Shown here in pieces: positions 43,170 to 55,770 of a stretch of 64,000 nucleotides of DNA. Source of the stretch: Octopus sinensis (Eukaryota); the NCBI RefSeq assembly GCF_006345805.1, contig NC_042998.1, positions 122,636,001-122,700,000 on the forward strand. The letters are read 5' to 3'. The notes below the pieces were generated by a model that worked only from the letters and a program-made list of their open reading frames with translations, was not told the DNA's origin and did no database searches. The translations under genes and the position numbers were made by a program. Numbering within the stretch: position 1 is the first letter of the stretch; every line of letters starts with the position of its first letter.

Positions 43170-43377
43170 TCAAAAGCCATGAGAGCCACTGTCTGGTACT
43201 GCATCAAGAAATACTCTGATGCAGTACCAACAGTGGCTCTCATGGTTTTTGATCTTAATGAATTGGAAGTGTTGTCATGTACATTTTGTCTTGATTTAAA
43301 ATTTGGGCTACAACAAATATTCTACTCAATACCACAGATTTGCTGGTCAGTTGCTTGATCTTAATCAGTTGAGCATG
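43170..43377 (+). mobile_element. (AAT)n-associated repeat copy 2, with 5' inverted duplication (hairpin 43170-43252)
   Basis: Homology to 2015-2130 and 60011-60100; near-perfect 37 bp stem. Confidence 0.8.
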
Positions 43378-43379
43378 AT

Positions 43380-44380
43380 GGTGCGGAACTACAACTCAAT
43401 GGCGAGAAAGAGTGCTGTGATTGATGGTTATAAATATCTGGGTATTTTGGAGTATGACAAAATGAAGGAAATAGATAAAGGAAAGCTTAAGGCGAGCATA
43501 TCAACGAATAACGAGAGTAATCATACGAAGTAGACTCAATGGAAATAAAAAAGATTAGGGCAATGACTGCACGGTCCGTTTCTTTAATGCGATACGTCGT
43601 TGGTGTTGTTAGGTGGACAAAGAGCGAGCTAGAGGAAATGGATAGGAAAACCAGGAAAGTGATGACAATCAGCAAGGAGGCTATATCGATAGACTCTATA
43701 TGCCTAGGACAGAGGGAGGAAGAGGCCTCATAGGATGCAAGATCTGTGTTGTCCACGAGATGAATAATCTGGGTTGGTACATCAAATAGCAGAGTGAACC
43801 CTTGCTTGCCGCTGCTAGAAAGAGCAACACGATACCTACTGAAAATGTGACATACTCAAAAACATTTAAGAAAGATGAAAAACAAAGAATAACCAACTGG
43901 TAAATGAAAACAATGCACAGGCAATACCACACTTAGGAAAGGTGGCCTGAAAGGATGCACTGAAGCATTGACATACAGCGTCAGTTATATCAAGTTCCAA
44001 ATAAATAAGAGCAGTGAATCGCCCCTTTGTAAGATGTGTGGTAGAAAGAACCAAACAGCCTAGCAAGTTGTGAGTGTAGCAAGCAAGTTCAAATGCAATA
44101 TTTAAGGAGGTATGATAACGTGGCTAAGTTTGTTCACTGGGGACAGTGTGAAAGTACGTTCTGGGAAGGGATAAAAGTGGTACAAATATGAACCAGAAGG
44201 TGTTGCTGGGAACAATGAATATAAGATCTTGTGAGACAATCCAATGTGATTTCCTTGTTGATGCTCCGAGACAAGACATTTTTGTGCTAGATAAAGGAAA
44301 AAAGGAAACTAAAATCATAGATATGGCCATAACTGGGGATGTTCGCGTAGGTGAAAAGAGCTGGAAAAGATGGAGAAATA
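43380..44380 (+). mobile_element. R4/Dong-like LINE, thumb to CCHC to restriction-like endonuclease region, decayed
   Basis: YKYLGILE, WTKSELEEMDRKTRKVMT, LCKMCG, QCDFLVDAPRQDIFVLDKGKKETKIIDMAI (PD..D-like). Confidence 0.88.
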
Positions 44381-44968
44381 TACCATACTCATGGATAATA
44401 AGAACAATGGAAATGTATGGAGTAGTAGAGTATATGAGAAGCCTTATATGGAATAGCATGAAATACTAGAGAACGGAATTGACAACACGGAAGCAAGTAT
44501 TAGGAGAGGTGAAAATCAAGAGAGGAATCTTCCAAGGGGAGAGTATATCCCCACTGATATTCGTGCTGGGAATAATCTCCTTGAGTGAAATACTATAGAA
44601 AACAAAGTTGGGGTATGACCTGAGAAGAGGTAAGGGAAACTAAACTACTTGTTATCCATGGACAATCTGAAGCTATTCACAAACACTGAGGCAGAACTGG
44701 ACAGCCTAGTTCAGTTTGTGCAGATTTTCTTCGATGATATCAAGATGGAGTTTGGACTCTCAAAATGTGCTACAATTGGGATGAGACGAGGAAAGCTTGT
44801 CAGGACACAAGGCATATGGTTGCCAAGTGGTGAAATGAGGAAGACAATTCAACCTCAATTCTCAATAACTGGGAATACTTGAGGTAGATAGAATCAAACA
44901 CCACAACATGAAGGAAAATACAAAAAGAGAGTACCTGCGGCGAGTGAGAAAAATATTGGCTTCAAAAC
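44381..44968 (+). mobile_element. R4/Dong-like LINE, RT domains 3-7, decayed
   Basis: PYSWI, VKIKRGIFQGESISPLIFV, LLSMDNLKLF (YMDD-like), MEFGLSKCA, EYLRRVRKILASK. Confidence 0.9.
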
Positions 44969-45019
44969 CGGTGATAAAGAGAAAATAAAAATAATAATCA
45001 TAATCATAATAATAATAAT

Positions 45020-45385
45020 AATAATAATGGTTTCATATATTGGTACAAGGCCAGCAATTTCAGGGGTGTGGGTAAGTGGATTATATCAACCCCATTGCTC
45101 GGCGGATACTTATTTTATCGACTCGAAAAGATAAAAGGATAAGTCAGCCTTTCAATGTAAAATTCGCATCTTATTTTTCGTGGTGAGCTGGCAGATTCGG
45201 TAGCACGCCGGACAAAATGTTTAGCGACGTTTCGTCCATCTTACGTTCTGAGTTCAAGTTCCGCTGAGGTCAACTTTGCTCTTCATATATTTAGGCTCGA
45301 TAAAATAATTACTGGGGGTCTATGTAATCGGCTAGCCCTCTCCCCACAAATCTCAGGCCTTGTGCCTGTAGTAGTAAAGAATATT
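45020..45385. mobile_element. Two SINE-A copies head-to-head (45020-45150 -, 45178-45385 +)
   Basis: Tail-1 ends at both outer edges; gagctggcagattcggtagc head and ctgagttcaagttcc B-box on +. Confidence 0.8.
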
Positions 45386-46892
45386 ACAATATTCATCTAA
45401 CAAATATTCCTTCCTATCATGGTAATTTATTCCTTCTGCCTGACACAGAAATGTAAGACTTTTATTATCGCTGTTTCAAATAGATAATCCAGCTCGTACA
45501 CCCCTAATATTAGATAGAACTTATATTGAATGAAAAGCCGCAGTTTCAACACGTCTGTTGCATTATAAGAACGTATAGATTCTTTTTGAAGTAACCCTAT
45601 ATTCGAACCTTTAAAATAAGAATTATTCAAAAATAGAGTCACACCAAGTTTGGGAACGAACAACTTTGATATTTTCGCTTGACAGAATGATGATAGTATC
45701 ATGTAATATGTAATGTATTTATATCTTTTCCCCGTTGCTTGTGCTTACCGGATCGACATTAATCCTGTTTTGAATATGACCCTATCTAATCTGATGGACT
45801 CAATTACGTTTCATAGAGACTGTCAGAAGTGCTTAATTTTAAACTCTTCAAATTGCTTCTACTTAAGTTCCGTAACATTTACGGTCATTTTATAATCTTT
45901 TTATCAATTTCGACAGCCGAAAGGTGCATTAGATAAGTTAATGCCTCTATAAGAGAAATGTGATAATGGTATTTAAATGGCAAGATCTTTCTTTGTCTAC
46001 TTTTACTGACTTATCTGTTTCTCTCTTATAAGACACAGTTAATCTTTAACTTGGTAATCTGGCGCAGAAATGTTTTAGTTTGAACAACTATAGCCAATTA
46101 AAACTGACTGTGTGGTCTTCATGTTATTGGCTGTGTGTGAATATTGCGCTTAATGTGTGTATATGTCGGTGCGTTAGCGCGTGCGTATGCACGTATGTTT
46201 TATCAGACGTAAAGTGCAATACTAATAACCGGTTTTCATACTGATAGCTGCATAAATTTTACATCATTCATTTGACAATTGTTTGTTAGTGGTGTGTGTC
46301 TGACATTATTGTAAGAAAACACTTAATCTAATAACCCAGGTCATAACTTCTGAACATTGCTCCTTCTTTGACGTTATAAGTTTGTATTGCTTTCTGAGAG
46401 TAGTTAAATATAAACTGTAGAAATATAGATCGATTTTGACTAGAGACGAACAATTTTCGTAGGGGAAGGCTGTATGCTAGTTGGTTCATATTGCATCGAT
46501 TTTCAAAGTACTGAAAGCATAATTATCGAATATTACTTACATTATTATATGTCCTGATACAGCTTTTTCAATTAAGATCCTTTACTTTCCTCATGAACAC
46601 ACGGTATTAATATTTAAGAGATAATGGTTTTATTATGAGTTGTACTGATGATTGTATATTAACATGTATGTTCTGAATTCAAATTTCACTGCAGTACATG
46701 CGACGTGAGGTTGATAAAATATGTACCAGTCAAAAATTGGAGTCGATATTGCTGACTATGCCTCACCTCTCAAATTGTGAACTTGTTGCCTATGTTAGAA
46801 ACCACTATTACCATCTCTGGAAAATATAAACATGAAGGCAATGAATAGTAGTTGCAGTTGTGCAAATGAGTTAGCCAGTAGATGACAATATT

Positions 46893-47105
46893 CCTTTCTA
46901 CTCTCGGCACAAGGCCCGAAATTTTGGGGGAGGGGGCCAGTTGATTAGATCGACCCCAGTACGCAACTGGTACTTAATTTATCGACCCCGAAAAGATGAA
47001 AGGCAAAGTCGACCTCGGCGGAATTTGAACTCAGAAAGTATAGACAGATGAAATACCGCTAAGCATTTCGCCCGGCGCGCTAACGTTTCTGCCAGCTCCA
47101 TGCAA
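46893..47105 (-). mobile_element. Young SINE-A, tail-1 type, with 14 bp TSD
   Basis: Near-consensus sequence; TSD tagatgacaatatt at 46879-46892 and 47106-47119. Confidence 0.93.
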
Positions 47106-47559
47106 TAGATGACAATATTATGAGATCCTATATTTGAATTGTACCGGATAATAATTATAATCTATCAAGAAGCTTTTAGCAGTTTCTGAGATATAATTAC
47201 TATCTATATTCTTGTAAATCAACTTAAGATTTCAATATTTTGTATTTTACTGAGGAGACAGACTTTATACAGATATTGCATTAATGTCAGAAAAGTATCA
47301 CGAAATGAATGACGTTTTCTTTTAACGGATATATTAAAAACGGGCTAAATCCTTTTTTGAGTTACAGACATCGGCAGAAGTTTTTATTGTTGGTTTTAGA
47401 GTATTATATACAAAAATATATACACTTCATTTGTTATACCTTGCTTTTTTATTATTAGAATACTCTAGAAAAATCTACACTTACCATAATTGAAAATACT
47501 GAAGAAAAACAGATAAAAATGTAATTTAATCAGATAATGAGAGGAAGTACTGATAGCAA

Positions 47560-48900
47560 CAGTAGTAATTTGAAATTGATTATATCAATGGAGTTCCTGT
47601 TCGGTTTGATAGTTTGAATTTACACAGATTGATGCTTTTTGAGAAAAGTAGTCAGCTAGTAGATTTACGAAAACTGCATCTCCGTGGGGGAGGGTACGAT
47701 ATAGAAACAGTTGAGAGTGAACATACTTAAGATGTTGAGAGATAAGGACACAGATCCCTGGCCTGTAACAGAAGCTATTGTAATATGAGCAGGGTCAGAG
47801 TTAGGATTTCGAGAGTGCCACCAGAAATAAAAGCGGAATGGTTGGTTGCAGCGGTACTGGCGTCTACAGAGGACGAACCTGAACTGGGACCAGTTGGTGA
47901 AACAAATACGTTGAACTGGTGGGGGTTTGGAGTCGGAATGTGGCTTGTCGCCGCAATCGAAGACATCGAGAGAATCTCCTACCAGATCGAGGTTCAGAAC
48001 GAGATAACGCTAAATGTTGTAGTGGAGGGAAGAGACATAATTGCTATCTATGCGGAGTGAGAGAACCCATAATGACCGAGTGTATCTTATATGAATTCAC
48101 ACAAAGCGAAAAGACAGCGGAAAAAGAACAAAAGAACAAAAGAACAAAAAAGAGCAAAAGAGCAAATGCAGGAGAAAGTACAAACAGAAGCTGAAAAATT
48201 AGACAAGGACTGTACCCAGAAAGATAAAGACAAGAAGAAAAGTGAAATGAAAGAATCAAAGGAGGTGAGCGAGGGAGTTATTAACCCCAAAAGAAGAAAG
48301 AGATCGAAGACAAGGGAACACTCAGAAGAAAACCAAAAAGGTAAGGAGAATTTTGAAAGTAAGAAAATGCAAGAGGAAGAAACAGAAAATGAACCGTATA
48401 AATTTAAGTGAGCATTTATAACATACAAAAAGTGCGGACGCAGAGAGAAGAATCGCGAAAATGAAGGGACTGGTGAGAGTGAGGCTGGCGGGAGACACTT
48501 TTGACTCAAGTGATAGCGGTCTTTTGATACCTGGGGAGAGTTACGACAAATTCATGGAGGGCTTCGCAAAGAACGTAAAACTGGTGAAATGGTGTCGGCT
48601 ACATGAAAGCCCACCTACCATAATGGATTATGAGAGACTAAAAAGAAAAATTCAAATGTAATATTTGTGAAATTCATTTATGAAAAAAGGAAAACAAAAT
48701 TGTCGAAATGTAACCACTCGACTTCGGGGGTCGAGTCGGCATTGCGCCTGATTTATATCTTTTCATATTTTCATTCGTTTTTAAAAAATTTTTCGTCTTA
48801 ATTCATCTTCTTTTTGTATTTTAAGTTCCCCGAGTTTATGTTTATCTTGTTTTGTATTGTCCCTTTCTGTGTATATCCCGTTGTGGGTAATAAAAATCAT
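47560..48900 (+). mobile_element. L1/Tx1-like element with decayed ORF1 and 3' UTR but no ORF2
   Basis: RVRISRVPPEIKAEWLVAA, LNVVVEGR + CYLCG zinc-knuckle remnant, K/E-rich segment, stop at ~48661, T-rich UTR ending cccgttgtgggtaataaa; 5' boundary uncertain. Confidence 0.65.
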
Positions 48901-49565
48901 GTAATATTAGCAGGGTAGACATTGAAGAGAAACAACGAATATGTGAACCAATGGTTGTTTTCTACCCAGCTGCTGGAGGATGTTTTCGATGCAGACCAGA
49001 TTGTGTAGGCAAGCAGCAGCAGCTGCAGCAGAAGCCGCAGCAGCAGAAGCAATAACAAAAGTAGCAGGAGCAAGACCATCACAAATGCGTAAACATATTT
49101 TGATTACAAATTTAAATTATGAAACTAACAAGTACCGTTAAACTCCACAATCACAAACCTCTTTGTATAAAGAGAAAGTTATTGGTCGTGTAAATTTGCT
49201 ATGTGGTGTGAATCTAATTAGATGTTATTTAATTTTGCGATTAGTATACTCAAGAAATGTATAAGCGTTGCAATATATACGTGTATTTTCCTATAAATGA
49301 ATGCCATTTGTGGCTAGTTAAAACAAATCAATATATTCGGATTTGGTTACGCAAATCATTTAACCCTGATACTAATTCTAAAGACATTTTAAAAATTAAT
49401 GTGTTTAAGCCAGGAACTGCTAGGATATGGTGAACAGAATGGTGCATCAATATTTAAAGAGCCGTTAATTAGTATCCTGATTTCTATATGACACTCAACG
49501 CTCAACTGTAGCGGTAGCACTGTAAAATTAATGAGTGTTGTTGTTGTTGTTGTTGTTGTTGTTGT

Positions 49566-50306
49566 GTTCATTGTCTTTGCACAGCCTCTAACGCTGGAGA
49601 CGTACTATGGTGCCAGCTGTTCACTGCCAGTGAACTAAGGTAACACTCCTTATTTTTCGAGCACCTTCCGGAGTATTCGAGCGGTTCCAAGCAGTGCTGT
49701 TTTCTGCAAGTACTCCTTCGTTATTGTAGCCCCTGTTTGTTGCATTTACTTCTCAAGATTTTTAATCACTGTTCCCAGTGAGCCAACAATTATTGGTATT
49801 ACTACCACCTTCTTCATCGACAACAACTGCTTAACCTCCCAAGCTAACCTGTTATATCTATCAACTTTTCTTTCTCCGTTATCGCATACCTTATTGTCAG
49901 TTTGACATGCTATAACCAGCATCGTTTGCTTTCTTTCTCAATTAACACTATGTTTGGCTTCATATTCTCTATCTCATAGTCGCACTAAATCATAAAATCC
50001 CATAGTTTTTTTATATTATCATTTTCGAGGATGACGTCTGGTTTCTGTTCGGGTCAATTTTTTTGCTCCGTCAAGTCCATACTTATTGCAAAGCGTCCAA
50101 TGGACAATCCTTGCTATATTGTTACGACATCTCTTACATTCTTTCTGGGCTAATGGTGTACATTGACTGGTAATATGCAATAGGGTTTCATCATTTTGTC
50201 TACAAATTCTGCACTTATCACTTTCTGATGTGTTGTCTATTCTGTATTTTATGTAATTGGTTCTTAATGCTTGCTCTTGGGCAGCACAGATTAGAGCCTC
50301 CGTTTC

Positions 50307-50309
<3 letters not shown>
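49566..50309 (-). mobile_element. 5'-truncated R4/Dong-like LINE with intact 3' end
   Basis: ETEALICAAQEQALRTNYIK, CRIC...ETLLHITSQC, LQKTALLGTARILRKVLEK stop at 49650-49652, ~85 nt UTR then (AAC)n; 5' end abuts (AAT)n. Confidence 0.92.
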
Positions 50310-50343
<34 letters not shown>

Positions 50344-51609
50344 GCTGCGCTGAATTGATATTTTGCAACGTGGTTAACTTCAAATAAAATATAGAGACAT
50401 CTTTACAATATCTCTACGGACCAATGTCTTAAATGCCATTCTAGAACATTATGTAATTATCGATAGCGACAGCTTATGTTAACCTCGTTGTTGCATCGTT
50501 TGAACGATTATTATGTATATCCCTTCATTGGTGAGCTGCAACAATTCAGAGTGATTCAGTTCGTATTTTGTCTTAATTTGATACTTCAAATTGCCACCCA
50601 AATTAACTTTGGCAATACAGTCATGTATATAATAAATAAAAATGCTTTATTGATGATTGTTATTTTCACTGACACCGTTCCACAAAACACTATGTTGTAT
50701 ATCTACCTACCTTGGACCGAATCATTTCCCTTAACAACGGAGTGACATTGATTAAATCTTGACGCTCATGAATTACGCACTAGTCATACAAGGTTTAAGT
50801 TATTGACAGCAAAGTGTTTTTGGTGCAAACCGTTATGCTAGAGGTAGAGGAGGTATAATGAATAAATAACAAATAAGAAGTAACAGCTAAGATGGTAAAT
50901 CGCAAAATTTTTACTAGAACTCACCTGTGTATTATGAATATGTTATATTCTACAAATATATTCGTCACTTTTAGTCACTTTATTTTTACGTAGCCATTGA
51001 GGAAATTATTTTTGTTGAATGATTTTTCTAAGTTCAATTCCAACGATCTATTATAGTAAAATATCCTTCTATTGTATAAGGTGACTCAAAAGTCGTTTCA
51101 GTATGAATAGGAAGCGGTTAATTGCCAATTTCAGTTGTCTCTTAATCCTATGAACCCGCGAATACACCTTAGCTGTAGCTGGAACAGTTTCGTTTGAACA
51201 TTTCTGTGAATAAGCGATCTGAAAACACAAAGTCATAGGGCCATCTGTTAGCGCCTCTTCGAGAGGTATAGTGAAACGAAATCGCACATGCAGAGCGTAT
51301 TCGCAGTTTCACAGCATTATTGCGCGATTTTTATCTTTCTTCGTCCTTCACAATTCCCATTTTCCCCACCACCGCCTTCATCACATCTTTACTGCATTCA
51401 TTATCTCTGACACCAATCTCCTGATAAACTTCCTGGGCTCAGAAAATTGAAGATGGCCAGTGTACTGGTCCATTTTTTTACACCACTTTTTGTCAGGAAT
51501 ACCCTAATAGTTGTACTATAGTATCTCGAGATATTTGAACAGGATTAGCTTTATATTGTGGCATTTTTATGTCAATGAATACTATTGTATCTTTTAATTA
51601 TGACATACC

Positions 51610-51665
<56 letters not shown>

Positions 51666-51684
51666 TATATCTATATATCTGTAT

Positions 51685-51750
<66 letters not shown>

Positions 51751-51785
51751 CTATACACACACGCACACACGCGCGCGCAACCACA
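51610..51785. repeat. (TA)n/(CA)n cluster
   Basis: Directly visible. Confidence 0.93.
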
Positions 51786-52524
51786 CGCAATCAGAATTAT
51801 AATAAATTCAAAAAGTAAAAGTAAAAAAGTATACATTATTTAAATACTAAAAGGACTCCTTAATTGCTCTGTTGAATGTTGTCGTTGTCTATAGAGGTAG
51901 TTTCAGGTTATTTAAGGTACTTATGCGTTGTCAGTTACGTAAGTCTACCATACACACGTAGATGCATAGGTGCAGCGATTCGAAGTATCGATCCTTCAAC
52001 TGACCGATTGATAACCATTACGATTCGACCAGTTGTCCATTCTCTTCTACTCGATTCATCTTTACTATTTGGCAAATTCAATGAGATATACTTTGTTACA
52101 ACATTTTATGACAAACAACTTTATTAGACATGATATATCAAAATAAATGTTTTTTTAAAAAAAATAAATGCACTCTATAGACATGGACCAACAATACATC
52201 AATGTTAAAAATGAATGATAAGACACGTTATTATATACACTAAAGTGACGTTCGTAATTGATCAGAAATAAAAGAGAGGTATAGTTGAGGTGTCTTTGAA
52301 CATATAATAGGAGACACAAAAGACGTTTGAATATCGGCTTTATGTCTGAAGAATGTTCATGTAACATAGGCAGTTGTTAATATTGTTCGTTTAACTTTTC
52401 TTATATTAATTACAACTGCGTCAAATTGCTGTCAAAATATAAACAGTTCAACGCAGAAAATATCAAAGACACTGTATAATTCATATTTGAAATTGGCACA
52501 TATGCTATAATTTGGGTATATTAT

Positions 52525-52660
52525 ATTGGTTTTAAATTTTGGCACAAGACCAGCGGTTTCGGGTGAGTTGGTTAGTCGATTACATAGACCCCAGTACTCA
52601 ACTGATACTTATTTTATCGACTTTGAAAGGATGGAAAGCAAAGTCAACCTCTGCGGAATT
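52525..52660 (-). mobile_element. SINE-A 3' half, tail-1 type
   Basis: ttttaaattttggcacaag...gcaaagtcaacctctgcggaattt. Confidence 0.75.
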
Positions 52661-53116
52661 TGGGTATATTTTATTGACAGTACTTCATATATTAAATCCT
52701 CGAGGTTGACAGACAACGTTGGTATCAATACAATTTAAACTAAAAATTTAAATAGCTTAAATACGACAAAAATTTTAATGTTGCATTACATTGTTTTTGA
52801 ATACCCGCTGAAATCTTTGCTTTATGAATTATATACCATTTATAAATGATCCATTACTTTGAAAAGCTGAAGTCATTTTCCCCAAATATTGTAAAAGGGT
52901 GTCTTGTAATGCTTATACAATTATAATCTAAAACAAGTTGTGAGATGGCGACGAAAGAATGGAATGGTGAGGCTTTGCAGTACTATAGGCTTTCTTCATT
53001 TTATTCTTTTATTGTAAGTAAACGGGAAGTACTAAAACCGATAGGGGTATAGTCAATTGAATCAACTTTTGTTTATTATTTGAACTTATTTCATTCATAC
53101 GCGTAGTGTGTGTGTA

Positions 53117-53149
<33 letters not shown>

Positions 53150-53476
53150 TGTGTGTGCGTGCGTGTGTCCAAGTTAGTTAATGAGGATAATTTCAAACAA
53201 AAGATACTGAAACTAAACTACTGTTTAGGTCAGAAGATATTTTCATGGATCCAAGACCACAAATTTATTAGTATTGGTAAGTGTCCAGTTCAGTGATTTA
53301 AATCTGTTGTAAGGTTTGGTCCTAATTAAAATTGCGGACCTCTGAGCGAAGAAGTGCATATTTGACATGGGTAACGACTGAGCAGTAGTTGAACATTGAG
53401 ATCGGTTCTCTTTCATTTGTACTTTTTAAAGAGGTTTGCTTTTAAAAGAGTGCGTGTGTGTGCGAATGAATATTAA

Positions 53477-54302
53477 TTGTAAGCTTTGGCGCAAAGCGAG
53501 CAGGGTCGGGGGAAGGGATTAATCGATTTCATTGACTTCAGTACTCAACTGGTGCTCATTTTATCGACCCCGAAAGGATGAAAGGTAAAGTCGACCCCGG
53601 CGGAATTTGAACTCAGAAGCTAAAGATGGACAAAATGCCGCTGAGCACTGTGCCAAAGATGCCAACGATTCTTATTTCTTTACTGCCCACAAAGTGCTAC
53701 ACACACTGTAGGAACAAACAAGGACAGACAAACGGATTAAGTTGATTATATCGACCCAGTGCGTAACTGGTACTTATTTAATCGACCCCGAAAGGATGAA
53801 AGCAAAGCCGACCTCGGCAGAATTTCAACTTAGAACGTAAAGACAGACGAAATACCTATTTATTTACTGCCCACAAGGGGCTACACAGAGAGGGTACAAA
53901 CAAAGGCAGACAAATGGATTAAGTCGATTATATCGACCCCAGTGCGTAACTGCTACTTATTTAATCGATCCCGAAAGGATGAAAGATAAAGTCGACTTCG
54001 GTGTTTTGAACTCAAAACGTAGCGGCAGACGAAATACCTATTTCTTTATTACCCACAAGGGGCTAAACACAGAGGGGACAAACAAGGACAGACAAAGGTA
54101 TTAAGTCGATTACATCGACCCCAGTGCGTAACTGGTACTTAATTTATCGACCCCGAAAGGATGAAAGGCAAAGTCGACCTCGGCGGAATTTGAACTCACA
54201 ACGTAATGCAGACGAAATACCGCTAAGCAGTTCGCCCGGCGTGCTAACGTTTCTGTCAGTGCATATCAGTGCGTTTCTGTCAGTGCAGTTCACCGCCTTA
54301 GG
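53477..54302 (-). mobile_element. SINE-A tetramer (three tail-2 units + tail-1 unit) with TSD
   Basis: Junctions 54038/9, 53856/7, 53672/3; TSD gaatgaatattaa at 53464-53476 and 54306-54318. Confidence 0.92.
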
Positions 54303-55692
54303 TGTGAATGAATATTAACGTATATATATTGGAATACTAAAGAGTGTTAAATAGATGATATTGATGGGAAAGCAGTATACTCTAACCAGTGTGTCATTTC
54401 ACCTTTGACAAAGTCCCAGAGTTGGGCAGATATCCAGGCGCTTCTGCATCGTTTTAGTACATTGCATGCTGGCACAGACCGGTAGTCGCTCAAATCGCCT
54501 CCAGCATTCAGTGATAGTCTATTGCATCGACCCTGGCAGGATGGAGTCAAATGACCTCATAACGTAAAGAATCGGAACAAAAGCTACAAGACATTTCGTC
54601 TCCACCGTTTCAAACAGGAAGAACATTGAGATACGAAAGTAAATGCTGTAAGATGTTTAAATCTGTGTACTTCTCCTTCAATCAAATCCACCACCCTAGC
54701 AACTGAATTAATGATTTAGTGAAATGTTTCAGTCTGAATAAGTTTTTAGTCTTGATATTTGAAATGGAAATATCTCAGAAATTCTCTTAGCTATTGTTTA
54801 AATATTGGAACTGAACACAGGAAATCAATAACGTGGTTTATATGAAATGGAATTAAAGAATAAATATGATTTTTTGCACCGAAGATAACAAATTAAATTG
54901 TTGATATTTAAGTTCTTAATAATTCCTTGGTTTTTCTTTTGGACTATTTAGCTTGTTGTCTTACAGCAAGAGATGTTCTATTGATTAAGTTGCGTATGTA
55001 ATTGTTTTGTCAGACTATATGTGTCTCTATAGCTTAATGTGTATGTGTGCGTGTGTTTGTGTGTGTGTGTGTCTGTACGGTTGTATTTATATGGTTATGC
55101 ATGCCTGTGCGTGCGTATGCATGTAATCAACATATGTAAATACTTGTGTTATTGTTATATTAGTGTATTTGCGTGTATAGTTGAGTGTACGTCACTGATT
55201 ACAAGAGTAGAGTCGAGTGATGATAGCGTATATGTGAGCATGTAAATTTACAATATATGTGCTTCTGCATGGTCCTATATGTGACTGTGTGTTTGAATAT
55301 ACGTATGTGAGTGTACATGTGACTAATAGAACTGCATATCTGAAACTACATAACTGGCTGTATGTACGTGGTTTATGCTAAATAATGTGTTGTAGGTGTG
55401 GGAATATGTTCGGTTGGTTATGTATAGCTTTGCTGATAGCTGTCTGTAAGTGTATGTTCGTGAGCAAGTATCTATATGATTCTCTCTCTTACACACCATT
55501 TCCATGCATGTGTTGCTGCATAAATGTTACGGTAGCTGGGAATATTTCATTGTCTACGGTGTAAAATTATGTCCTGTAAGATGCGTGATTAGATATGTGC
55601 GTGGATGTGTGTTGCTACGAGTATTTGCAGAATTGTGTCTGGATGCAAATGGTTGCGAATATTGTGTGAGCATGGTATGTGCTATTACATAC

Positions 55693-55770
<78 letters not shown>

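Noticed and set aside
51075-51500. Possible mariner-type MITE
   Set aside because: The candidate ends do not pair convincingly as TIRs.
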